From: Acidobacteriota bacterium
Lineage (GTDB): Bacteria; Acidobacteriota; UBA890; WLXD01
NCBI GenBank assembly: GCA_965197275.1
Contig: CBDAMQ010000020.1
Coordinates: forward strand, 47,695 to 111,694
Direction of reading: 5' to 3'
Length of the DNA stretch: 64,000 bases
The translations under genes were made by a program, and so were the position numbers. Shown one piece after another: positions 17,843 through 27,832 of this stretch. How positions within the stretch are numbered: the first letter of the stretch is position 1; every line of letters begins with the position of its first letter. A model generated the notes under the pieces. The model saw only the letters and a list, made by a program, of their open reading frames with translations. It ran no database searches and was not told the origin of the DNA.

Positions 17843-18913
17843 CTACTCCTCGGCGCGCTGCTCGAGTGCTTTCTCGAGTCGCCGAACTCGCCGTAGCAAG
17901 CCCGGCAGCTTGGCGAGGGCGCCGACTACGCGTCGCCACAAGCCGATCTCCATGTGCGGATAGCCGCCGACAATCGAACCCGCGGGCAGGTTGCCGTGGA
18001 CGCCGCTCTTGGCCGCCAGCATCGAACCTGCCCCGATCACCTGGTGCCCGGAAGTCCCGACGTTGCCACCGACGATGACCCCGTCCTCCAGCACCGTGCT
18101 GCCGGACAGGCCCGCCTGGCCGCTGATCGCGCAATGCCGACCGATGTCGCAATTGTGGCCGATCTGCACCAGGTTGTCGATTTTCGTTGCCGCGCCGATG
18201 CGTGTATCACGCAGCGTGCCGCGATCGACGCAGGAGCTCGCGCCGATATCCACGTCGTCCTCGATCACCACGCCACCGACCTGTGGGATCTTGCGCTGAT
18301 CGAGCCCTTCGCGCGCGAAGCCGAAGCCGTCGGCACCGATCACGACGCTGGCGTGAAGGACTACTCGGTCGCCAACTCGGGTGCCCTCGTACAGCGTCAC
18401 GTTCGGATGGAGCACACAGTCCACCCCGATCTGCACACCGGTACCGATGGTGCAGCCGTGGCCGATCTCGGTACGAGCGCCGATCGCGGCATCGACACCG
18501 ATCTCCACATGGGCGCCCACGGCAACGTCGGTCGCCAGGTCTGCGGCGGGATCGATGACGGCAGTCGGATGGATTCCGGCGTCCGCCGGCCGTAGCGGGT
18601 ACAGAGCATCGAGTACGAGGGCTACTGCGCGGTAGGGATCCTCGACTCGTATCAACGTCGGGTGCTTACCTGGTGTGGACTGCCCTACTTCCAGGTCTGG
18701 CGTTACGAGTACGACCGCTGCCGACGTTGTCTCGAGCGCCGCAGCGTGTCTGGCATCGGCGACGAACGCCAGTTCATGTTCCGTCGCCAGCCCGAGCTCC
18801 GCCACTCCGGTGACCACGCGTTCGGGATCACCCTCCAGCGTCCCTCCGACGAGATCTGCGACCGCTGTCAGCCGTAGGCCAACGCCCGACCTAGAACGTC
18901 GAGCCAATAGCAA
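17843..18913 (-). CDS. lpxD: UDP-3-O-acylglucosamine N-acyltransferase LpxD (start uncertain; TTG overlapping the bamA end)
   Basis: IHPTAVID, IGADGFGF, KIPQVG, DRGT, KIDNLVQIGHN. Confidence 0.95.
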   Translation of the reverse strand: MLLARRSRSGVGLRLTAVADLVGGTLEGDPERVVTGVAELGLATEHELAFVADARHAAALETTSAAVVLVTPDLEVGQSTPGKHPTLIRVEDPYRAVALVLDALYPLRPADAGIHPTAVIDPAADLATDVAVGAHVEIGVDAAIGARTEIGHGCTIGTGVQIGVDCVLHPNVTLYEGTRVGDRVVLHASVVIGADGFGFAREGLDQRKIPQVGGVVIEDDVDIGASSCVDRGTLRDTRIGAATKIDNLVQIGHNCDIGRHCAISGQAGLSGSTVLEDGVIVGGNVGTSGHQVIGAGSMLAAKSGVHGNLPAGSIVGGYPHMEIGLWRRVVGALAKLPGLLRRVRRLEKALEQRAEE

Positions 18914-21383
18914 ACTCGAACGTCGATTTCTTCTCTCCGAAGATCTCCAGAGGCTCGAAGTTATAGGCCCAGAAGAAACGCATCGGCACGTTGAACACGG
19001 GCGCGAACACCTCGAACTCGAGGCCAGCCGTACGGCGCATGTCCTGGATGCTGAACTTGTCTTCGGACAGCCAGGCCTGGCCGGCGTCGTGGAAGCCCTT
19101 CACGCGCAGCGCCGGAGTCAGTGCGAAGATGTACTCCAGATTGTATTGCAGCCCCTTGACACCGCCGAGAATGTTGCCGCGCTCATCCAGCGGGCCAATG
19201 GATCTGAGTCGAGTGCCGCGCACCGAGTTGCCGCCGCCGAGGAAGAACCGTTCGAAAATGGGCAGCTCCTCCAGCTCGCCAAGGGGCCTGGCGTAATCTG
19301 CCCTCACGTTGATGACGAGGATCTGTTTCGGCGTGCGGATGAACCCGGGCCGGGTAATGGTAGGGATGTACCAGGTCGTGCGGAGGCTGGCACGCCAGAA
19401 GTCGAGGGTGCCGCCGAAAGGTCCGCCAGCGTATTCGAACGAAGCACTCGTACGGCTACCGCGCGACGCCAGGAACGGGTTGTCCAGGTTCGTATAGAAC
19501 ACGAACGGTCGTACCGAGCTGGTGATGCGCTTTCCCGACGTCAGGAACAGCGCCTGGAACAGCGGCGACGAGATGCTCCCGAGGGCGCTGCTGACGTTGC
19601 CGATGTCGATGACCTCGTAGTTGTACTCCAGGAATGCGGCGAGCGTCTCATCGAGGTTCAGCGGCGTTCCGAGACGAACTGCGCCGCCGGTGCCCGAGCG
19701 CTGGAAGTCCGGAAAGTCGATGGCATCACGGAACACATCGGCACCGAATCGGACGCGCTTTCCGAGGAAGTACGGATCCGAGAAGGAAAGGCGTACGTTC
19801 TGCCGCAGCTTGCCGACCTGCCCGAACAGCGACAGCGTCTGCCCGTAGCCGAATAGGTTGCGGGTCGAGTAGCCGAACTGGACGAAACCGCCCTCGAGGG
19901 CCGACAAACCGCCGCCGAACGAGATCTGATTGCGACCGATCTCCGACACCTTCATGTCGACGTCGACGGATCCGAACTGCGGATCAGCCGGTACTGCCGG
20001 ATCGATGCTCTCCCCGGGCGCGGCCGTGGCCAGTTCGTGCTCTACGTTTTGAAAATAGCCCAGGCGCCAGAGGCGCTCGACGCTCGTGTCGAAACGGCGC
20101 TGGTCCCAGCGCGCCAGCTCGTACAGGTTGAGATTGCGCCGCAGCACGAAGTCGCGCGTGTTTGTGTTGCCGGAGAACTCGATGCGGTTTACTCGGTAAA
20201 TCGAGTTCTCCTGTACTTGGTAGGTAAGGTCGGCCAAGCCTGTCGACGGGTCCTGGTAGGGAATCGGCGCCACGGCGACCTGCAGGTAGCCGGCGTTGGT
20301 GTACTTGTCGGACACTGCCTGATTCGCGGCCTGTACCTCCTCGATGTTGAGGATCTCGCCACCACGCAGACCAACCTCCTCAGCGAGGACCTCATCGCTG
20401 AAGGCGCTGTTGCCTTCGAAGCTTATTTTGCCGATGCGATACTGCGTCCCTTCGTAGATCGGAATCGTGATCGCGAGTCGTTGCCGGTCGTCGTACCACA
20501 GCGAGCGGTTCTCATTGAACACCTCGATCCGTGGATCGTCGACATCGAACTCCAGGTAGCCTTGCCGGTGATACAGCTTTGAGAGCTCCACCATGTCGAA
20601 CTCGAAGCCGGCGCGCGAATAGCGATCGCTCTTGCTCAGAAACGACATGAAGTGATGCTCGGCAGTGCGCTTCATCGCCCAGCGGAGCTCCTGGTCGCTG
20701 AACACCGTGTTGCCCTCGAACTGGACCAAAGCGATACGCACCGAGTCGCCTTCGATGACGTTGTAGATCGCATCGACGCCGGGCCCGAGCAACGACGGCG
20801 CGACCTCCAGGTCGATCTCCACGAACTGCAACCCGTCGTCGCCCTGCAGCATGAACGTGAGCACCTCGATGTTTTCGCGCAGCTGCTGTTCGTCCACCGG
20901 CTCGTTGACGGCGACCGAGCGCTCGACGAGGGCGAGCCGCTCGTTGAAGTCCTCCAGGTTCACCTTCTCGGTGCCTTCAATACGCACTTGCCGGAGCAGC
21001 GGCAGCTCATCCACCTCGACGATCAGCACGACGCCGCCGGCGGAGCCTTCCTCCCAGCTCATCACCAGGTTGCGGAACCAGTTCGTATTGAACAACGACA
21101 TATAGTCGAGCTGCGCCGTGGCCCAGTCGAAGGGCGCACCCGTACGGCTCGCCATATAGAAGCTGATTGTGTCGACATCGAAGCGCTCGGTACCGAGGAT
21201 GCGGATTTCCTCGATGTTGCGACCCTGCGGATCCTGCGCCGCGCCGACAACCTGTGTTGCCTCGAGTTCACCCGGAGCGGCCCACAGCGCGCTCGGCAGC
21301 GTCGCGAGGGTCACCAGTGCCACCAGGGTGGCGCCCCGTAGGACGAGGAGATGGCCTCTCTGATCGATCGGGAGAACGTTCAT
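18891..21383 (-). CDS. bamA: Outer membrane protein assembly factor BamA
   Basis: Signal peptide, POTRA repeats (IEFSGNTNTRDFVLRR), FFLGGGNSVRG, C-terminal FAIGSTF. Confidence 0.94.
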   Translation of the reverse strand: MNVLPIDQRGHLLVLRGATLVALVTLATLPSALWAAPGELEATQVVGAAQDPQGRNIEEIRILGTERFDVDTISFYMASRTGAPFDWATAQLDYMSLFNTNWFRNLVMSWEEGSAGGVVLIVEVDELPLLRQVRIEGTEKVNLEDFNERLALVERSVAVNEPVDEQQLRENIEVLTFMLQGDDGLQFVEIDLEVAPSLLGPGVDAIYNVIEGDSVRIALVQFEGNTVFSDQELRWAMKRTAEHHFMSFLSKSDRYSRAGFEFDMVELSKLYHRQGYLEFDVDDPRIEVFNENRSLWYDDRQRLAITIPIYEGTQYRIGKISFEGNSAFSDEVLAEEVGLRGGEILNIEEVQAANQAVSDKYTNAGYLQVAVAPIPYQDPSTGLADLTYQVQENSIYRVNRIEFSGNTNTRDFVLRRNLNLYELARWDQRRFDTSVERLWRLGYFQNVEHELATAAPGESIDPAVPADPQFGSVDVDMKVSEIGRNQISFGGGLSALEGGFVQFGYSTRNLFGYGQTLSLFGQVGKLRQNVRLSFSDPYFLGKRVRFGADVFRDAIDFPDFQRSGTGGAVRLGTPLNLDETLAAFLEYNYEVIDIGNVSSALGSISSPLFQALFLTSGKRITSSVRPFVFYTNLDNPFLASRGSRTSASFEYAGGPFGGTLDFWRASLRTTWYIPTITRPGFIRTPKQILVINVRADYARPLGELEELPIFERFFLGGGNSVRGTRLRSIGPLDERGNILGGVKGLQYNLEYIFALTPALRVKGFHDAGQAWLSEDKFSIQDMRRTAGLEFEVFAPVFNVPMRFFWAYNFEPLEIFGEKKSTFEFAIGSTF

Positions 21384-21528
21384 GGCGTCTTCGGGCGCAG
21401 GGGGGTTTTGACATCTTGCGCCCACGCGGCGGGTCGCGGGCACACCATGTCCAAGATAATACCGTATTGACGGCCTCGTAGCCCGACCCGGCCGCCGCTG
21501 CGCGTCGTCCAGCCCACCTCGGAGGCGT

Positions 21529-23973
21529 CTACACCACCGCGTCTGCAGGCTCGGGCTCCACCACCGTGATGTCGAGGCGGAGCCGGTCGCCCTCCGTAGA
21601 TACGAGGACGTGAGTGCCGGAGCGGACCTTCCCACGAATCAGCTCCTCGGCGAGCGCGTCTTCGACGTGCTTTTGAATTGCTCGACGCAGCGGGCGGGCG
21701 CCGTAGCTGCGATCGGCGCAGGTCGTGTCGATTAGCCACTGGTAGGCGTCATCGTCGAGCTCGACCTGGATTCCCTTGTCGGCGATGTGCTCGTTCACCT
21801 CGTTGATCATCAGGCGAATGATCTGCTGCAGGTGCTCATCGGTGAGCGCGTGGAAGACGATCGTCTCATCCAGCCGGTTAAGGAACTCGGGATTGAAGGT
21901 GCGCTTCATCTCCTCGATGACCCGATCTCGCATGTCACTGAAAGTGGCCACATCGTCAGGTGCCCGGAAACCGACACCGCCACGCTTCTGCATGAAACGG
22001 GCACCGATATTCGAGGTCATGATGATGATGCAGTTCTTGAAATCGACCGTGTTGCCCAGTCCGTCGGTAAGCTGCCCGTCCTCGAACACCTGTAGCAAGA
22101 TGTTGAAGATCGATGGGTGCGCTTTCTCGATCTCGTCGAGCAGGACCACGCTATACGGATTGCGACGCACCTGGTCGGTGAGCTGACCGCCCTCTTCGTG
22201 ACCGACGTAGCCCGGCGGAGAGCCGATGAGCTTTGATACCGAGTGGCGCTCCATGTACTCGGACATGTCGAAGCGGACGAGGGAGCGATCGTCGCCGAAA
22301 AGGAAGCCCGCTAGCGTTCGCGCTACCTCTGTCTTGCCCACCCCGGTAGGTCCGAGGAACAGGAAGGAGCCAACCGGCCGATATGGCGACTTGAGGCCGG
22401 CTCGGGATCTGCGAATGGCTCGCGAGACCACCTCGATGGCCTCCACCTGAGCAACGATCCTCGTGTGCAGCTGCTCCTCCATGTTAATCAGCTTGTCCAT
22501 CTCCTCCTGCTTGATAGAAGTGATGGGAATCCCGGTCCAGTTGGATACGACCTGTTCGATGTCCTCGATGCTGACCAGGAGCGGTACCTCTTCCAGTGGC
22601 TCCTCGTCACGGTCGGCCCGGAGTCGGTCCAGGCGCTCGCGCTCGCGCTTCATGAGGTCGCGGAAGTGCGCCGCCTGTTCGAACTCCTCATCGGCAATGG
22701 CGGCATCCAGTCGAGTCGCCAGCTCTCGGGAGCGCGCTTCGAGCTCGCGGACGCGATTCGGCGCTGAGGTCATCGCGAGCTTCACGCGCGCTCCGGTCTC
22801 GTCGAGGACGTCAATCGCCTTGTCGGGCAAGAAGCGGTCGGTGATGTACCGATTGCTCTGGTAGACAGCGGCGGTGAGCGCCTCCTCGCTGTACGTCACC
22901 CCGTGGTACTTCTCGTAGCGCCCGCGGATGCCGCGGATGATGTCGACGGTCTCTTCCTCGGTCGGCTGGGCGACGTTGATTCCCTGGAAGCGTCGGGCTA
23001 GCGCGCGGTCCTTCTCGATGTATTTGCGGTGCTCGCGCGGCGTCGTGGCGCCGATGCACTGCACCTCACCGCGGGCCAGGGCCGGCTTGAGGATGCCGGC
23101 GGCATCGAGCGACCCCTCGGCGGACCCGGCGCCGACAAGCGTGTGCAGCTCATCGATGAAGATCACGATGTCCTCGTTGTCGAGCAACTCCTTCATGATC
23201 GTCTTGAGGCGTTCCTCGAATTGACCGCGATACTTCGTGCCGGCCACCACCGACGAGATATCAAGTTCCAAAATGCGCTTGTCGTACAGAAACCGTGGCA
23301 CTTCGCCACTGACGATGCGCTGTGCTAGACCTTCGACGATGGCTGTCTTGCCCACCCCAGGCTCGCCGATGAGCACCGGGTTGTTCTTCGTACGACGGCA
23401 AAGGATCTGGACAGCGCGCTCGAGCTCATCGTCCCTCCCGATCAGCGGATCCAGGGTGCCCTTGGCTGCCATCTCCGTGAGATCGCGAGAGAACTCGGAA
23501 AGGAACGGCGTCTCCTTCTTCTTCTCGCTCAGGTTCTTCTCCTTCAGCAAGTAGAGAAGATCTTCGCGAGCGGTCGATAGCCGCATACCCTTCTCGACCA
23601 GGATCCGCGACGCCAGAGACTTCTTCTCACGCAGCAGGCCGAGCAGGATGTGCTCGGTGCCGATGTACTTGTGGAGCATCTTCTCGGCTTCCTCAGCTGC
23701 GTAGGCCAGCACGCGCTTGGATTCGACCGAGAGGGGAATCTCCACCGATGTCGAGATCTTCTCGCGCACCTCGGTGCGTGTTTGGATCTCTCCGCGGATA
23801 GCCTCCGCCTCGATATCCGACCGACCGAGTAGCTTGCCGGTGAGTCCGTTGTTCTCGCGGATCAGACCGAGCAGAAGGTGCTCGGTCTCGATCGTGCGCG
23901 AGCCCAGCTGGCTGGCTTCGTAGCGTGCGAAGAAAATGACCCGTCGAGCCCGTTCGGTATAGCGCTCAAACAT
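21529..23973 (-). CDS. clpC: ATP-dependent Clp protease ATP-binding subunit ClpC
   Basis: MFERYTERARR, GEPGVGKT, IDELH, UVR-type coiled coil, GPTGVGKT, PPGYVGHEEGG. Confidence 0.94.
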   Translation of the reverse strand: MFERYTERARRVIFFARYEASQLGSRTIETEHLLLGLIRENNGLTGKLLGRSDIEAEAIRGEIQTRTEVREKISTSVEIPLSVESKRVLAYAAEEAEKMLHKYIGTEHILLGLLREKKSLASRILVEKGMRLSTAREDLLYLLKEKNLSEKKKETPFLSEFSRDLTEMAAKGTLDPLIGRDDELERAVQILCRRTKNNPVLIGEPGVGKTAIVEGLAQRIVSGEVPRFLYDKRILELDISSVVAGTKYRGQFEERLKTIMKELLDNEDIVIFIDELHTLVGAGSAEGSLDAAGILKPALARGEVQCIGATTPREHRKYIEKDRALARRFQGINVAQPTEEETVDIIRGIRGRYEKYHGVTYSEEALTAAVYQSNRYITDRFLPDKAIDVLDETGARVKLAMTSAPNRVRELEARSRELATRLDAAIADEEFEQAAHFRDLMKRERERLDRLRADRDEEPLEEVPLLVSIEDIEQVVSNWTGIPITSIKQEEMDKLINMEEQLHTRIVAQVEAIEVVSRAIRRSRAGLKSPYRPVGSFLFLGPTGVGKTEVARTLAGFLFGDDRSLVRFDMSEYMERHSVSKLIGSPPGYVGHEEGGQLTDQVRRNPYSVVLLDEIEKAHPSIFNILLQVFEDGQLTDGLGNTVDFKNCIIIMTSNIGARFMQKRGGVGFRAPDDVATFSDMRDRVIEEMKRTFNPEFLNRLDETIVFHALTDEHLQQIIRLMINEVNEHIADKGIQVELDDDAYQWLIDTTCADRSYGARPLRRAIQKHVEDALAEELIRGKVRSGTHVLVSTEGDRLRLDITVVEPEPADAVV

Positions 23974-24082
23974 CGACCCAGCCCCAGTCGCAGGAAGCCC
24001 CGTAGAGCCCAAGCGCGGTTGTTACGCGCTTGATAGGAGTCCTGTCAGCAAGGGCGACGCCCGCAGACGTCGCTTGATTCCG

Positions 24083-24112
24083 AGTATAGCGGAGCGATTT
24101 TCCAGCCGCCAA
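24083..24112 (-). promoter_or_regulatory. Putative sigma70 promoter upstream of clpC
   Basis: Minus strand TTGGCG (24112-24107), 18-nt spacer, TATACT (24088-24083). Confidence 0.45.
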
Positions 24113-24198
24113 GATATCGCCGGCTGCCAGCAAGACCCGGAACGGACTCCACGTCGGCAATCGTCTTGTCCTGATCGACCGTTCCCTCCGCGGACGGT

Positions 24199-24906
24199 TC
24201 ATCGGTGTTCCTCTGTTGTTGCGTGCTCTCTGAGTCGGCCACCGGGCTCCATCACGAGGACGCGATCGAAGTCGGTTACCAGTTCGGGATTGTGAGTAAC
24301 AAGGACCATGGCGTTGCCATGGCGCTCGTGAAGATGGAAGAAGATGTCCAGTACCCGCATGCCGTTGTCGTGGTCGAGGTTGCCGGTCGGCTCGTCAGCG
24401 AGCAGGAGCTCAGGCTGCCGAGCCAGGGCCCGCGCTATGGCCACGCGTTGTCGTTCCCCGCCGGAGAGCTCTGAGGGGAAATGGTGGGCGCGATCAGCCA
24501 ATCCGACATCCGCCAACAGGCTCGCTGCGACTGCGGGTGCGGTGCTTGCGTCGCCACCAATCAGCAGTGGCATCATGACGTTCTCCAGGGCGCTGAACTC
24601 CGGTAGCAGGTGATAGAACTGGAAGACCAGCCCCACATACCGACCCCGAAAGGCCGCCATGTCCGGCTCCGAGAGCGAACGCAACTCACGGCCGCGAAAG
24701 CGGATGCTGCCGCGATCAGGACGATCCAGGCCGGCCAGAAGGTGCAGCAGCGTGCTCTTGCCGACGCCGCTCTGACCGATCACGGCGATGCGTTCGCCGA
24801 CAGACACACGAAGGTCGCAATCCGTGAGGACTTCGAGCTCACGGGTGCCAGAGCGGTAGCTCTTGCGCAGCCCTTCGACGCAGAGGATCTCTTCGGCGTG
24901 TGGCAT
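24199..24906 (-). CDS. lolD: Lipoprotein-releasing ABC transporter ATP-binding protein LolD
   Basis: [33 protein letters not shown]; real start MPHAEE at 24906, just after the permease stop. Confidence 0.92.
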   Translation of the reverse strand: MPHAEEILCVEGLRKSYRSGTRELEVLTDCDLRVSVGERIAVIGQSGVGKSTLLHLLAGLDRPDRGSIRFRGRELRSLSEPDMAAFRGRYVGLVFQFYHLLPEFSALENVMMPLLIGGDASTAPAVAASLLADVGLADRAHHFPSELSGGERQRVAIARALARQPELLLADEPTGNLDHDNGMRVLDIFFHLHERHGNAMVLVTHNPELVTDFDRVLVMEPGGRLREHATTEEHR

Positions 24907-24908
24907 GG

Positions 24909-26186
24909 CTACTCGTATCGGAGCGAAACGACAGGATCGAGCCGTGAGGCGCGCAGCGCCGGATAGAGCGTGGCAGCGAAAGAGATGAGCACCGCGACCA
25001 CACAGACGCGCACGAGGTCGACCGAACGTACGTGGAAAGGCAGGTAGGCCAAGTAGTACACCTGTGCCTCCAACCGGATGAGCTGGTAGTAGTCGAGCGC
25101 CACGGCCGTGCCGACGCCGAGGAGGCAACCCATCAAGGTGCCTATCAACCCGATTGCGAGGCCCTGGACCATGAAGATCTGGAGGATCTGGCGCCGGGTA
25201 GTTCCGAGGGACATCAGGATGCCGATATCGCGCTGCTTGTCCTTGATCATCAAGACCAGTGTGGCTGCTATGTTGAGGGCTGCGACTGCCGTAATCAGGC
25301 TGATGGTTACGAACAGGGCCAGCTTCTCCAGCTTCAGAGCCGCGAAATAGGCGCGGTTCATGCTCTGCCAGTCCATCAAGAAGTAGCCTTCGCCGAGCCT
25401 GTCGCCGAGCTCCTCGACCACCGGTGCGGTGTTGAACGCGTCCTCGACGCGGACCTGGACCAGGGTCACGCCGTCCCCCGATTCGATCATTCGCTGCGCC
25501 GTCTGGAGCGGGATGAGGGCCCAGGTATTGTCGTACTCGTACATACCCGCTTCGAAGATGCCCACCACGTCGAAGCGGGCGATCTTGATCCCACCGCTGC
25601 CGCCGAATGGGGTGATCATGCCGCTCGAATGCACGCTGACCTTCACCTGATCTCCGACGTCGACGAACAAGCTCGCCGCCAGATCGGTGCCGAGTACCAC
25701 ACCGTCGCGACCCGTAGAGGTCGGGCGGCGCGGTGCCAGGCCCTCGGCGCTCCCCTTCACCATGCGGTCGAGCAGGCGCGTCGTGCGGGCCTCGCCGTGC
25801 GGGTCGATTCCCTTCAGGTTGACGAACTGCGGCGTTTGCGAACGGCCTTCCATCAGCCCGGGGGTCAGCAACGCCGGAGCTGCATCGACCACGCCGTTGA
25901 TCCTCCGCGCCGTCTCGGCGACCTGTACGTGGTCGTCCAGGTAGGGACCGAACGGCTGCACGAAGACGTGTGCGTTGGCGCCGATGATCTTGTCCTGGAT
26001 GTCTTCCTGAAAGCCCGTCAGAAGAGCCAGCGCGATGATCAGCGCGGCCACTCCCACGATCACGCCAAGGACCGATACGAGGCTCACGATCGAAGTGAAC
26101 GCCTGCTGGCGGCGCGCCTTGAAGTAGCGCAGCGCGATGTAGAGCTGGAATCGGCTCGCCGGCCATCGGGGTCCGCTCTCCCGCAT
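24909..26186 (-). CDS. Lipoprotein-releasing ABC transporter permease LolC/E
   Basis: IALRYFKARR, GVIVGVAALII, MacB/FtsX topology, YPALRASRLDPVVSLRYE. Confidence 0.93.
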   Translation of the reverse strand: MRESGPRWPASRFQLYIALRYFKARRQQAFTSIVSLVSVLGVIVGVAALIIALALLTGFQEDIQDKIIGANAHVFVQPFGPYLDDHVQVAETARRINGVVDAAPALLTPGLMEGRSQTPQFVNLKGIDPHGEARTTRLLDRMVKGSAEGLAPRRPTSTGRDGVVLGTDLAASLFVDVGDQVKVSVHSSGMITPFGGSGGIKIARFDVVGIFEAGMYEYDNTWALIPLQTAQRMIESGDGVTLVQVRVEDAFNTAPVVEELGDRLGEGYFLMDWQSMNRAYFAALKLEKLALFVTISLITAVAALNIAATLVLMIKDKQRDIGILMSLGTTRRQILQIFMVQGLAIGLIGTLMGCLLGVGTAVALDYYQLIRLEAQVYYLAYLPFHVRSVDLVRVCVVAVLISFAATLYPALRASRLDPVVSLRYE

Positions 26187-26320
26187 TTTGCCCTCGTCGA
26201 GTGCCTAACCGGGATCAACGCCCCGGCCGGTCTGCTAACGCAGACTCCACGTAGACTATAGCAGTCAGGAGCGGACTGAAAAAGCCATGCCTAACTAATA
26301 GTGACTTTTAATAGATCTAG

Positions 26321-27799
26321 TTAGTCTTTCTGGCGTAATAATGGGAATAGGATCACGTCACGGATCGTGGATGAGTTGGTAGCAAGCATGACAAGGCGAT
26401 CCACACCAATACCGATGCCTGCTGCTGGGGGCATACCGTGTTCAAGTGCGGTGATGTAGTCCGTATCGACGACGGGCGGCACCTCGCCGTCGGCGTCGCG
26501 CCCGTCTACCTGTTCTTGCATGCGACGCTGCTGCTCGCGCGGATCGTTGAGCTCCGAGTAGCCGTTGGCGACTTCCATGCCGCCGATGAACAACTCGAAC
26601 CGTTCCACCTCGTCCGGGTTCTCCGGCCGTGCCTTGGACAGCGGCGAGATCTCCAACGGGTAGTCGGTGACGAATAGCGGCGATCCGACCCTCGGTTTTA
26701 CCGCCTTGTCGAACGCCGCCTCGCGGAGTCCTCCCAGCCCCAAGCCGGCTGGCGATACGCCTTCGGCCTGCAGCCAGTCCGCCAGCCTCGAGGCGTCGTC
26801 CACCAGGGCCGGGGAGAGCTCGCCGATATCAAGCAGCGACTGCCTCAGCGGCATTCGCAGCCAGGGACGACCCAGCGAGATCTCGTGGCCCTGGTACGAG
26901 ATACGGGTGTCTGCGGTGCCATCGCCGAGGGCGGCGCTGAGGAGGTCCTCGGCGTACTCCATCATGCGCTCGTAGTCCCAGTACGCGGCGTAGAACTCCA
27001 GCATGGTGAATTCGGGATTGTGTTGCCTCGAGATCCCTTCGTTGCGGAAATTCCGATTCAGATCGTAGACCCGCTGCAGTCCTCCAACGAGCAGCCGCTT
27101 GAGGTAAAGCTCCGGCGCAATGCGCAGGTAGAGGTCCATATCCAGCGTGTTGTGATGGGTCTCGAACGGACGGGCAGCGGCGCCACCGTAGAGCGGTTGC
27201 AGGGTCGGCGTCTCGACCTCCAGGAAGCCATTCGAATCGAGGTGCGCGCGCAAGGCGCGCACGATCTCAGCGCGGCGAACGAAGATCGCGCGCACGTCCG
27301 GGTTCGCCATCAGGTCCAGGTAGCGCTGACGATAGCGGACCTCGCTATCGCGCAGGCCATGCCACTTCTCCGGCATCGGCCGGAGCGCCTTCGACAGCAG
27401 GCGGTAGTCGTCGACGCGCACGGTCAACTCACCCGTGCGCGTACGGAAGAGCACGCCCTCGATCCCTACGAAATCGCCCAGGTCAAGATCGAGCCAGGCA
27501 CCGAAACGGTCCTCGCCCAGTACTTTCTGCCGGGCATGGCATTGGAGCTTGCCTGTGCCATCATCGATGTCGCCGAAGGCCGACTTGCCGTGCTCCCTCA
27601 CCCCCACCAACCGACCCGCAAGGCGTACGGTGGGTGCCGTCTCCTGCAACTGCTCGTCGGTGGCGGCGTCGTGCAAGGCGCGCGTTTGCTGCAGCGTTCC
27701 GTCGACGGGGAATCGGGCCGGGAACACGTTGATGCCCGCCGCTTCGAGCGCCGCGAGCTTTTGGCGTCGAGACTCCAGCAGGTCGGCTTCTGCCATCAT
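26321..27799 (-). CDS. lysS: Lysine--tRNA ligase (class II)
   Basis: OB-fold, YRQRYLDL, FLEVETP, YLRIAPELYLKRL, FRNEG, motif 3 GMPPAAGIGIGVDRL. Confidence 0.97.
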   Translation of the reverse strand: MMAEADLLESRRQKLAALEAAGINVFPARFPVDGTLQQTRALHDAATDEQLQETAPTVRLAGRLVGVREHGKSAFGDIDDGTGKLQCHARQKVLGEDRFGAWLDLDLGDFVGIEGVLFRTRTGELTVRVDDYRLLSKALRPMPEKWHGLRDSEVRYRQRYLDLMANPDVRAIFVRRAEIVRALRAHLDSNGFLEVETPTLQPLYGGAAARPFETHHNTLDMDLYLRIAPELYLKRLLVGGLQRVYDLNRNFRNEGISRQHNPEFTMLEFYAAYWDYERMMEYAEDLLSAALGDGTADTRISYQGHEISLGRPWLRMPLRQSLLDIGELSPALVDDASRLADWLQAEGVSPAGLGLGGLREAAFDKAVKPRVGSPLFVTDYPLEISPLSKARPENPDEVERFELFIGGMEVANGYSELNDPREQQRRMQEQVDGRDADGEVPPVVDTDYITALEHGMPPAAGIGIGVDRLVMLATNSSTIRDVILFPLLRQKD

Positions 27800-27832
27800 C
27801 GGCGCTCGGCTGAGAGGTCGCGGCGTCGCCGT

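Noticed and set aside
24199-26166. 655-aa ORF suggesting a LolD fusion
   Set aside because: The N-terminal ~420 aa is an off-frame read-through overlapping the lolC/E gene; LolD starts at 24906.
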